DNA of 64,000 bases from Chitinophagaceae bacterium (GTDB lineage: Bacteria > Bacteroidota > Bacteroidia > Chitinophagales > Chitinophagaceae), in NCBI GenBank assembly GCA_023229465.1, contig JALNZE010000016.1, forward strand, positions 1,442 to 65,441, in the 5' to 3' direction. Numbering within the stretch: position 1 is the stretch's first letter; each line of letters starts with the position of its first letter. Below are positions 25,319-33,012 of the stretch, piece after piece. A program made the translations under genes and the position numbers. The notes beneath the pieces were generated by a model. It did not search any database. It saw only the letters and a list, made by a program, of their open reading frames with translations, and was not told where the DNA came from.

Positions 25319-26481
25319 TACTCCGGTACAATAATTTGAGGAAATTGTTTATCAAAAGAAATATTAACAGCTTGTCTAAATAGTTCAAAGCGAGTAAAAA
25401 AGTTCTTTTTGGTATTCGTTGCGGATGTTAGAGATTTTCTGAAATCTGAATTATTTTCAGACAATTTGTTAAACTCAGCTACAAATAAACCTCGGTTCTC
25501 ATCTGTAAGATCAACAACATTTAATTGTGAAAAAAAATAAACTTCAACATCAAGCAAATTTCTAATAAATCTATTTTCACTATAATATTTTCCAATATTA
25601 TCAATTCCAATAATTGTTGAAAGTAGCTTAATACCAGAATTAAATTGAGAAAAGAGTGACTCTACAGTTGCTTGTTGATTATTCCAATCTTTATTTAAAG
25701 AAACCATGGTATCATCTAAGAATTTTTTCAGATTCCCGGCATAATCGTTAAGCCCTAATCTGTTTGAGATATATTTCAAAACTATTTCTGCGTCTATCAA
25801 CCTTTTATCAGGTTGAGTAAGGCCTAATACTTGGTGGAGGGGACCAATTGTTTCTGTACATTCCATGAGAAAATCAGAAAAGCCACCTTTTCTCAATGAT
25901 TGGCGTAGCTCTTGCATTGATAAAGGAACTGCACCGGAATTTAATCTATAAAAAATTTCATACAGAATATCATCGGAAGATTGATTAAATACAACAGTAC
26001 ATCTTATGTCGGAGTTTTGAAAAGAACGATATTCATCTTTATTAACTTCCTGTGACAGAAGTTCAATTGTGAAATTATTCAGCTTTGGTTTTAGCTTTAG
26101 ATCTTTTAAAACAGGTTTATCCCAGTAACCAAATTTTTCATTATTTATAAAACCAGCAATTGTTAATAATCTTTGTTTCCCATCTAATACAACAAATTTG
26201 TTTTTTTCAGTATGGCTTTCAGCCAAAACAACTTCTGGAACAGGTAATTTAAGAATTAATGATTCTATCAATCTACTTCTCTTTTCATCATTCCAAGCAT
26301 TTCTCCTTTGAAATTTCGGATTTAAGTCGATGTTTCCTTGAATTATTTGGTTATATATTGTTTCAACCGTCCAATCTCTAGAGTAGGTTTTTATATTTTC
26401 CGAAAGAACTATTGAAATATCATCAACTATTTCCTGGTTTGAGTCAAGAATAATCGCGTCTAAATTCGGTTGATCTGACAT
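25318..26481 (-). CDS. DUF262 (GmrSD N-terminal, ParB-like) domain protein lacking a DUF1524/HNH domain
   Basis: NPKFQRRNAWNDEKRSRLIESLILKLPVPEVVL...VVLDGKQRLLTI (DGQQR-type motif at residues 100-104). No His-Me/HNH-like motif was seen in the C-terminal ~250 aa. Confidence 0.85.
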   Translation of the reverse strand: MSDQPNLDAIILDSNQEIVDDISIVLSENIKTYSRDWTVETIYNQIIQGNIDLNPKFQRRNAWNDEKRSRLIESLILKLPVPEVVLAESHTEKNKFVVLDGKQRLLTIAGFINNEKFGYWDKPVLKDLKLKPKLNNFTIELLSQEVNKDEYRSFQNSDIRCTVVFNQSSDDILYEIFYRLNSGAVPLSMQELRQSLRKGGFSDFLMECTETIGPLHQVLGLTQPDKRLIDAEIVLKYISNRLGLNDYAGNLKKFLDDTMVSLNKDWNNQQATVESLFSQFNSGIKLLSTIIGIDNIGKYYSENRFIRNLLDVEVYFFSQLNVVDLTDENRGLFVAEFNKLSENNSDFRKSLTSATNTKKNFFTRFELFRQAVNISFDKQFPQIIVPE

Positions 26482-26575
26482 ATAAAAATAAGTTTTATGT
26501 AAATCTATTGTTTTTAAATGAAAAATTCATCTACTGATAGTCCAATAAATATTTAGGTACCCACAGGAAATTTGA

Positions 26576-27061
26576 TCACAAATCATTACCTATTTTCTTG
26601 TATTTCAACATTTTAGAAGATTTTCTTCCTTTCTCTTCAACAACTGACAAAACGAGAGCTTTAGTAATTAAATTTATTGGTTGTGAAATATATTTGAAAT
26701 AATCCAACATCATGATCTTGCACTGTCCCTGTTGTTCCATCACATAACCGATGTCAAAACAGAAATAATAATCGTACCCGTCCATGGTCTTGTGTTCCGT
26801 AGCGTACTTAAAATTAAACCCGCTTTCAATCAAATCTTGTTTGCTGGTAATATGGTATTTGCTTTTGGCCATAAAATCGGTAAGAATCCTGCGGTTCTTT
26901 TTCAGGATATTGATAACAGGCAGAATGAGATCATTTTCTATTTTCAACTGGCGGTTATTATTGGCACTTTTACAGAAAACATTGCAGAATTTCTGGTCTG
27001 CGCGTCCTTTTAGTTCTTTGCCGCATTCGAGGCATATGTCTTTAGTTGGTCTTGCTTGCAT
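26576..27061 (-). CDS. Hypothetical protein with an N-terminal zinc ribbon
   Basis: CLECGKELKGRADQKFCNVFC (CxxC...CxxxC). Confidence 0.55.
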   Translation of the reverse strand: MQARPTKDICLECGKELKGRADQKFCNVFCKSANNNRQLKIENDLILPVINILKKNRRILTDFMAKSKYHITSKQDLIESGFNFKYATEHKTMDGYDYYFCFDIGYVMEQQGQCKIMMLDYFKYISQPINLITKALVLSVVEEKGRKSSKMLKYKKIGNDL

Positions 27062-27114
27062 ATTTAAGTATTTATCGTTTAATTGGAAAGGTTCAAACTA
27101 AGTGTGTCATTTCC

Positions 27115-27660
27115 TTAATCTTTAGCATTGAAACCTATCGCGCGGCGTGGTGGGTTTGGTGGATTCAATAACTGATTAAGGCATTCAAAAATCTGTTGGA
27201 ACCGTTCATCATGTTCCTGCAACGTTCCACGCTGTTCCCTGTCGTTGCGTTGTAGTTCTTCAAGTTTCATCAAGATGTCTTTATGTGTCTGGAGCATTTC
27301 ACGCATACGGGTAAAAATGCGTATTATCTGAATGTTTACATTGATTGCAATCTCACTATTCAAAACACTGGAAAGCATAGCCACACCCTGTTCAGTAAAG
27401 GCCATCGGAAAGTAACGTGTACCTCCCCAACTTGAGGTCACAAATTGTGACCTCAAGTTTTCAAATTCTTCTTCCGTTAATTTAAAGGAGAAATCTTCAG
27501 GAAATCGGTTTTTGTTCCTTTTGACTGCCTGATTGAATTTTTTCGTTTCTACTCCATATAATTCTGCCAAATCTCTATCCAGCATTACTTTTTGACCTCG
27601 AACCAAGTAAATCTTTGTAAGTATAATATCATCCGTAATGATTATTTTATTCGATTGCAT
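27115..27660 (-). CDS. ORF6N (KilA-N-like) domain protein
   Basis: IYLVRGQKVMLDRDLAELYGVETKKFNQAVKRNKNRFPEDFSFKL...RSQFVTSSWGGTRYFPMAFTEQGVAMLSSVLNS. Confidence 0.85.
   Translation of the reverse strand: MQSNKIIITDDIILTKIYLVRGQKVMLDRDLAELYGVETKKFNQAVKRNKNRFPEDFSFKLTEEEFENLRSQFVTSSWGGTRYFPMAFTEQGVAMLSSVLNSEIAINVNIQIIRIFTRMREMLQTHKDILMKLEELQRNDREQRGTLQEHDERFQQIFECLNQLLNPPNPPRRAIGFNAKD
27429..27459. repeat. Perfect 15-1-15 palindrome inside the ORF6N CDS
   Basis: aacttgaggtcacaa-a-ttgtgacctcaagtt, checked base by base. It encodes the NLRSQFVTSS segment. Confidence 0.9.
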
Positions 27661-27708
27661 ATAGTGAATATTTAAATGTTATTAATGATTCAACCGATCT
27701 GCCCTATA

Positions 27709-27735
27709 CTTGAAGTCGCATTTTGCGACTTCAAG
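27709..27735. repeat. Related 12-3-12 palindrome in the ORF6N-integrase intergenic region
   Basis: cttgaagtcgca-ttt-tgcgacttcaag. An extra half-site, acttcaag, lies at 27771..27778. Confidence 0.85.
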
Positions 27736-27786
27736 ATTTTAGAATGATGTGCTTGAGATACCAAATTGGCACTTCAAGCCAACCAT

Positions 27787-29097
27787 TCACACTGCTATTA
27801 ACTGATTTTTGTTCTTATGCAGTTTACTTTGCAACAATGCCATATCCATACTGAGTTTGGTTTTCACCACTTTCGCATAGAGCATGGTAGTAGTCAGCTT
27901 GGTGTGACCCAGCATTTTAGAAATAGATTCAATCGGTACACCATTACAAAGTGTGACAGTAGTGGCAAACGTGTGACGCGCTAAATGAAAAGTCAGGATT
28001 TTAGTAATACCGCAAACTTCTCCAATTACTTTTAAGCTTCGGTTCATTTCCTGGTTGGTGATATAAGGGAAGACTGTATCACGCGGAAGTTCGCCCTTCC
28101 TGTTTTTGAATTTTTCCCAAATAACTACGGCTTGCTCCAGTAAAGGCACATCCACCGCGACATCTGTTTTAGCACGATTGGTTTTGATCCACAGGAAACC
28201 GTCCAAACTGGATACGATATTGGCGGGTTTGAGGCCCATTACATCTACATAAGACAAACCCGTATAACAGCAGAAAACAAATAAGTCTTTCACATTTTCC
28301 CGCATTGGGTTCTCAAAATGATAATTTTCAATTATTTCCAGGTCTTGCTCGTTTAATATCTCCCGGTCGGCGTGTTTAAATTTCAGGGAATAGGCAGTAA
28401 ACGGATTTTTGGGCATCCATTCGTTGTTCGTGGCCCAGGTAGCCATCTTTTTGATACGTTCCAGGTGTTTCATGGTGCCGTTGGTGGTGCAGGGGTCATT
28501 TGCTTTCAGAGGGGTTGTTCTGACATAAAACTCAAATGCGGTCAAAAAAGAATAGGTCAACTCTTTTAAAGCAATATCACCGGCTGGATATTTTTCTTTC
28601 AGGAATTTTTTGATATAGCGCTCAGTAGTGAAATAATTTTTCATGCTCCCTTTTTTCAGGACTTGTTGCATGACGGTATTGTGTTCTTTGACCAACCAAA
28701 GCAGTGTTTTTTCCTGCGTACATTCTTTCAGTATTTCGGGTGCATCAGCATCCATTCCGAGATAAGCGCTTTTGACAGCTTCGGCGCTCACGTTTTCCCC
28801 GTGTAAAATCAGTTCCTGGTAATGTGTCACCAATTTGGAACGTACTTCCTCCAGAAAAGAATTGAATTCTTTTAGCTGCTGGGTGTTGGATTTAGCAGCC
28901 CCTTTCCCATCGTTCCAATCTTTTTCGGGCAGCGATTTTTTCATCGACATTTCTACCCTGCTTTTGTTGACGATGATACGCGCATAAACAGGACATTGCC
29001 CGTCTGTGGCTTTGTGGCGGCGCAGTACAAAGTGTACGCCGAATGTGTTTGTGTTTTTCATTTGAAAATCATTTTTGTGGTTTGAAATCAAACTCAC
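27787..29097 (-). CDS. Tyrosine site-specific integrase
   Basis: C-terminal catalytic region HLARHTFATT...LGHTKLTTTMLYAKV. The likely true start is ATG 29061 (MKNTNTFGVHFVLRR, the typical Bacteroidota integrase N-terminus). Confidence 0.9.
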   Translation of the reverse strand: MSLISNHKNDFQMKNTNTFGVHFVLRRHKATDGQCPVYARIIVNKSRVEMSMKKSLPEKDWNDGKGAAKSNTQQLKEFNSFLEEVRSKLVTHYQELILHGENVSAEAVKSAYLGMDADAPEILKECTQEKTLLWLVKEHNTVMQQVLKKGSMKNYFTTERYIKKFLKEKYPAGDIALKELTYSFLTAFEFYVRTTPLKANDPCTTNGTMKHLERIKKMATWATNNEWMPKNPFTAYSLKFKHADREILNEQDLEIIENYHFENPMRENVKDLFVFCCYTGLSYVDVMGLKPANIVSSLDGFLWIKTNRAKTDVAVDVPLLEQAVVIWEKFKNRKGELPRDTVFPYITNQEMNRSLKVIGEVCGITKILTFHLARHTFATTVTLCNGVPIESISKMLGHTKLTTTMLYAKVVKTKLSMDMALLQSKLHKNKNQLIAV

Positions 29098-29183
29098 GAT
29101 CCGATCAGACGAACCACGAAAAATGACACTATGAACAACTTTAAAACCTACAACCTTTACCCATAAAGAGTTTCAGCGTTCCG

Positions 29184-29232
29184 AGGTGACCTCAAGGTGA
29201 CCTCAAAGATACAGTTCACCTTGAGGTCACCT
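29184..29232. repeat. Three copies of the 12-mer AGGTGACCTCAA (two direct and abutting, one inverted) between the integrase and tRNA-Pro
   Basis: Copies at 29184..29195, 29195..29206 and, inverted, 29221..29232. Flanking cagttcac repeats lie at 29212..29219 and 29235..29242. Confidence 0.85.
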
Positions 29233-29284
29233 TCCAGTTCACACGCTGGTTTGTTTCAAATGGGGTAAATTGATATAGAAAACA

Positions 29285-29317
29285 ATAAAAAAACCCGAAA
29301 ACATCACTGTTTTCGGG
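29285..29317 (-). terminator. Rho-independent terminator of the tRNA-Ser/tRNA-Pro unit
   Basis: The minus strand reads cccgaaaaca-gtga-tgttttcggg followed by ttttttt. Confidence 0.7.
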
Positions 29318-29345
29318 CCTTTGTGGGCGTTTGCCTAACTTTATG

Positions 29346-29419
29346 TCGGGAAGACAGGATTCGAACCTGCGACCCCCTGGTCCCAAACCAGGTGCGCTAC
29401 CGGCCTGCGCTACTTCCCG
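29346..29419 (-). tRNA. tRNA-Pro: tRNA-Pro (anticodon TGG)
   Basis: Hand-folded 74-nt cloverleaf: acceptor CGGGAAG/CTTCCCG, anticodon stem CCTGG/CCAGG with loop TTTGGGA, T-loop TTCGAAT. No encoded CCA. Confidence 0.9.
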
Positions 29420-29435
29420 AACGATACTCAACCAG

Positions 29436-29524
29436 CGGTGAAGGAGGGATTCGAACCCTCGGTACAGTTTAACCCGTACGGCAGTTTAGCAAACTACTGG
29501 TTTTAGCCACTCACCCACCTCACC
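29436..29524 (-). tRNA. tRNA-Ser: tRNA-Ser (anticodon GCT), long variable arm
   Basis: Hand-folded 89-nt structure: acceptor GGTGAGG/CTTCACC, anticodon loop TTGCTAA, long variable arm, T-arm GAGGG-TTCGAAT-CCCTC. Confidence 0.85.
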
Positions 29525-29550
29525 ATTCCTTCTCCTTTTGAAGAGGGCTG

Positions 29551-29582
29551 CAAAAATAGGTGGAGAAGGGGTAATTGCCAAA
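29551..29582 (-). promoter_or_regulatory. Candidate Bacteroidota sigma-A promoter for the tRNA unit
   Basis: The minus strand has TTTG (29582..29579), a 20-nt spacer, then TATTTTTG (29558..29551). The latter matches the -7 consensus TAnnTTTG and lies ~27 nt upstream of the tRNA-Ser 5' end. Confidence 0.4.
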
Positions 29583-29656
29583 AAATTCATAGAGCTAAAA
29601 AATCAAAGCACCCCTGGCAATTGATTAATAATTACTAATTAATAATTAATAATTTT

Positions 29657-31090
29657 TTACATGGCTGCTAACTGCACTTTTTGTGTGAGTTCCATCACAT
29701 TTTCGCGGAAAATAGAGTCAGTATCCATCAGATCCTTAACTGTTTGGCAGGAATGGATCACCGTGGTATGGTCGCGGCCACCAAAATGTTCACCAATGGT
29801 TTTTAGAGAGTTTTTGGTAAAGGCCTTGGCTAAATACATGGTAATCTGCCTTGCCTGAACAATTTCGCGTTTACGGGTTTTTTGTAATAATTTATCGTAC
29901 GACACGTCAAAATATTCACATACCATCTTCTGGATAGCATCAATCGTAATTTCTTTACTACTGGTCTTCACAAAATTGCGAAGCACTTTCTTGGCCAGTT
30001 CTACATCAATTTCTTTCTTATTTAAGGAAGATTGTGCCAGTAAGGATATCAGCGCTCCTTCCAGTTCACGAACATTGGTATTAATATTATAAGCAACATA
30101 TTTTACTACTTCTTTCGGCATATCCAGCCCGTCGTTCTTCATTTTCTTCTCCAATATCTCAATACGGGTTTCGTAATCAGGTATCTGCAGATCGGCACTC
30201 AGGCCCCAGCGAAAACGGCTCAATAATCTTTCCTGCATACCATCCAGGTCTTTGGGCGGCTTATCAGAAGTTAATACCAACTGTTTACCGCTTTGATGCA
30301 GGTGATTGAATATGGCAAAGAAGGCATCCTGGCTTTTTTCGGCCCGGCTAAAGAATTGTACGTCGTCAATGATCAACACATCAATCAACTGGTAAAAATG
30401 GATAAAGTCATTGATGGCATTGTTACGGCTATGGTCCTGGAACTGGTTAATGAATTTCTCACTGCTCACATAAAGGACCACTTTCCCGGGGTGTAATCTC
30501 TTTACATCATTACCAATAGCTTGTGCCAGATGGGTTTTACCCAATCCTACTCCGCCATAAATAACCAGTGGATTAAAAGAATTGGCGCCTGGTTTTTCTG
30601 CAACAGTCTTACCCGCGCGGCGGGCCACACGGTTACAGTCGCCTTCGATAAACGAATCGAAGATGTACATATGATTCAGTTGCGGGTCTATCTGCATTTT
30701 CTTTAACCCGGGAATAACGAACGGATTCTTAACCGGATTATCAATCACCAGCGGAAAGTTCATCTCATTGTTATTGTATGTTTTCATGTTACTGGCAGGA
30801 ATATCCATTGAACCATTGCGGCTATTTGAATTACCGCTATCCACCATAATACGGTATTCCAGCCTGGCTTCTTTCCCCAGTTCACGCTTTAAAGTTTTGG
30901 CTAGCAAGTTCACATAATGCTCTTCCAGGTATTCGAAAAAAAACTGGCTGGGCACCTGTATCAATAAAACATTGCCCTTCAATTCAACCGGGTTGATTGG
31001 TTCGAACCACGTTTTAAAATGTTGCCATTCTACGATGTCTTTGATAATCTTTAAACAATTGCTCCAGATAGATTCAGCGTTCTTAGCCAT
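29657..31090 (-). CDS. dnaA: Chromosomal replication initiator DnaA
   Basis: AAA+ Walker A GGVGLGKTHL, Walker B LIIDDVQF, and a C-terminal DNA-binding domain (GGRDHTTVIHSCQTV). Confidence 0.95.
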   Translation of the reverse strand: MAKNAESIWSNCLKIIKDIVEWQHFKTWFEPINPVELKGNVLLIQVPSQFFFEYLEEHYVNLLAKTLKRELGKEARLEYRIMVDSGNSNSRNGSMDIPASNMKTYNNNEMNFPLVIDNPVKNPFVIPGLKKMQIDPQLNHMYIFDSFIEGDCNRVARRAGKTVAEKPGANSFNPLVIYGGVGLGKTHLAQAIGNDVKRLHPGKVVLYVSSEKFINQFQDHSRNNAINDFIHFYQLIDVLIIDDVQFFSRAEKSQDAFFAIFNHLHQSGKQLVLTSDKPPKDLDGMQERLLSRFRWGLSADLQIPDYETRIEILEKKMKNDGLDMPKEVVKYVAYNINTNVRELEGALISLLAQSSLNKKEIDVELAKKVLRNFVKTSSKEITIDAIQKMVCEYFDVSYDKLLQKTRKREIVQARQITMYLAKAFTKNSLKTIGEHFGGRDHTTVIHSCQTVKDLMDTDSIFRENVMELTQKVQLAAM

Positions 31091-31230
31091 ACAAAAAAAA
31101 GGATATTATAATGAGTTAGTTGTATTCTCTCTAAACCTTCAAGTTATCTCATTTTCTCCATTTGTGGAAATGTTGAAAAAAATAATTTGGGGTTGCGAAT
31201 ATGTAGACTTTATGTTGAAAAAAAAATTTT

Positions 31231-32166
31231 TTATTCCCTTGTTTTTTTGCGTATAACTACAGTATGGGCATTTGAGAGGCTTTTTTTCCGAAAACCCGTA
31301 AAATTATAGTCCAAACGACCCAATTGTATCCCTGCCCAGCCTACCTGGTTTACCACCACTTCTCCCCCATTCCGGTTTCTATATTTACGGGGTTCGGTAA
31401 AAAACCGGTGCGTATGCCCGCCAATAATAAGGTCCAGGTCAAAAGATTCTTTGGCCAATATTTCATCGCTGAGCGTATCATCCTCATATTTATCGCCCAG
31501 GTGTGATAAACAGATGACCATATCGCAGCCCTTTTTCCGAAGCAATTCAGCCGTTTGATTCGCTTTTTCAATAGGATTGAGATAAACTGTCTTCCCATAT
31601 AAATTATCCGGAACCAATCCTTTCAGTTCAATACCCACCCCTAATACCCCAATTTTGAGTTCCCCTTTCTGAAATATTTTATAAGGTTGGAACATTGATT
31701 CCATGGGTGTTGCCGTAAAATCATAATTACAGACCAGTATTGGGAAACGGGCATGTTGTAATTGCAGGGCAAAATTCTCCAGGCCTGAATCAAAATCATG
31801 GTTACCCATAGTGGCAGCATCATAACCCATCATCGTCATGGCTTTAATTTCCGGTTCCCCTTTATAGGTATTAAAATAAGGGGTACCCTGAAAAATATCA
31901 CCTGCATCTAATAATAAAACCTGGTCAGCTTCATTCCTGATCTCATTTATCAGCGCGGCCCTGGCTGCCACCCCACCCAATCCCTGGTTGCGGCTGCCAT
32001 CCATCGGAAAGGGGTCCAGCCGGCTATGTACATCATTGGTATGTAAAATGGTGATTTGCCTGGTTACTGCCGCGGTAGCCTCAAAAGGCAATACCGTAGC
32101 TGCCGCGATCGCGGTACCGGCCATGGCGCCTTCCCTTAAAAATTTTCTTCGGTTAATCAACAACAT
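31231..32166 (-). CDS. Metallophosphoesterase half of a 5'-nucleotidase (Tat-like signal)
   Basis: RRKFLREGAMAGTAIAA, then HTNDVHS, DAGD, GNHDF and GGHTH. The likely start is Met24 of the track ORF (32166), overlapping the upstream gene by 14 nt. Confidence 0.85.
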   Translation of the reverse strand: MLLINRRKFLREGAMAGTAIAAATVLPFEATAAVTRQITILHTNDVHSRLDPFPMDGSRNQGLGGVAARAALINEIRNEADQVLLLDAGDIFQGTPYFNTYKGEPEIKAMTMMGYDAATMGNHDFDSGLENFALQLQHARFPILVCNYDFTATPMESMFQPYKIFQKGELKIGVLGVGIELKGLVPDNLYGKTVYLNPIEKANQTAELLRKKGCDMVICLSHLGDKYEDDTLSDEILAKESFDLDLIIGGHTHRFFTEPRKYRNRNGGEVVVNQVGWAGIQLGRLDYNFTGFRKKSLSNAHTVVIRKKTRE

Positions 32167-32899
32167 ATACAACCCGGTTTTCGATGGTATAATCAACAGG
32201 TATGCCCTGTTTGGTAAATGTGGTAACATAATCAATCAGCGCATCCCGCATTAAATATCCCTTGTCTTGCTTTGGTATGCGCCGAAGCATCTCACAATCA
32301 CTCCCGCCATTGGCCACATAATCAGAATTGGCAATAATATAGGTTGCTTCCGGATCAATGGCCTTACCGCCTATCTGCACCTGTATCGCTTTCTTATTTT
32401 TGATACCCATGGTTACCCCAACAGAAACCGGCCAGCCGCCATCAGCGGCCGTCTTATCAAGGAATTGCTGTAAAATGGATCCTTTCAGTTCCTGCAATAC
32501 CACCAGGTTATCGAAGGGCATCAATTCAAATATTTTTCCTACCGTAATATTTCCTTTGGATATGTAAGAACGGATGCCTCCCTGGTTTACAAAACCGGCA
32601 TCTACTTTTTTACCGAATTTTTTTTCCGCCATCAGCTTTATCGCATCGGCCATAAAATTACCTAAGCCACTTTCAGGTTGTTTCGCAAATAAATTGCTGT
32701 TTGAAAAACCAATCACCTTATTCATGGTTATATTGAGGGTGGCCGCATAAGGTTGCAACATTTTAACTAAAGAAGAATCAGCCGCTGCACTTTTTTCAAT
32801 CCGGTAACCCTCGTAAGTAAGTGTGGTTGCCTGGTAACTGGTGCCGCAGGAAACAGCAAAAAAAATGATGAGTAGCGTATATGGTGAATTCCTGCGCAT
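32153..32899 (-). CDS. 5'-nucleotidase C-terminal (substrate-binding) domain lipoprotein
   Basis: Lipobox FFAVSCG. GNFMADA and NQGGIRS-type motifs typical of the UshA C-domain. Confidence 0.8.
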   Translation of the reverse strand: MRRNSPYTLLIIFFAVSCGTSYQATTLTYEGYRIEKSAAADSSLVKMLQPYAATLNITMNKVIGFSNSNLFAKQPESGLGNFMADAIKLMAEKKFGKKVDAGFVNQGGIRSYISKGNITVGKIFELMPFDNLVVLQELKGSILQQFLDKTAADGGWPVSVGVTMGIKNKKAIQVQIGGKAIDPEATYIIANSDYVANGGSDCEMLRRIPKQDKGYLMRDALIDYVTTFTKQGIPVDYTIENRVVYVVD

Positions 32900-33012
32900 A
32901 GTTGACTTTACTGGCTAATTGAAAGATACAATAATAATCAGCCTGGAAATATTTATTTTAGCCCCCAACAGGATTTTTAATGCTATTTTTGAACACTTTA
33001 AATAAATGAAAT

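Larger units (their letters stand above)
19091..29097 (-). mobile_element. Backbone of an integrative mobilizable element (NBU-like): integrase, Xis-like HTH, relaxosome protein, relaxase and T4CP, plus cargo
   Basis: See the individual genes. There are no mating-pore (tra/T4SS) genes. It is adjacent to tRNA-Pro. The element probably extends left to about 5.7 kb (see findings). Confidence 0.7.

Noticed and set aside
27709-27735. The 12-bp-stem hairpin downstream of int, considered as a rho-independent terminator.
   Set aside because: On the transcribed (minus) strand the stem is followed by tatagggc, not a U-tract. I kept it as a repeat or binding-site candidate instead.
29216-29431. A 71-aa ORF from the track.
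   Set aside because: It is read through tRNA-Pro and its terminator. The tRNA cloverleaf explains the sequence.
29621-29656. AT-only iterated tract (attaataattactaattaataattaataatt), considered as a CRISPR-like repeat, a microsatellite or a DNA-unwinding element.
   Set aside because: It is too short and too irregular for any array. There are no spacers. With no DnaA-box cluster nearby I cannot call it a DUE or oriC.
31091-31230. Possible oriC or DnaA boxes upstream of dnaA.
   Set aside because: I found only one 7/9 match to TTATCCACA (reverse strand of tttgtggaaat). One match is not a cluster and is insufficient to call an origin.
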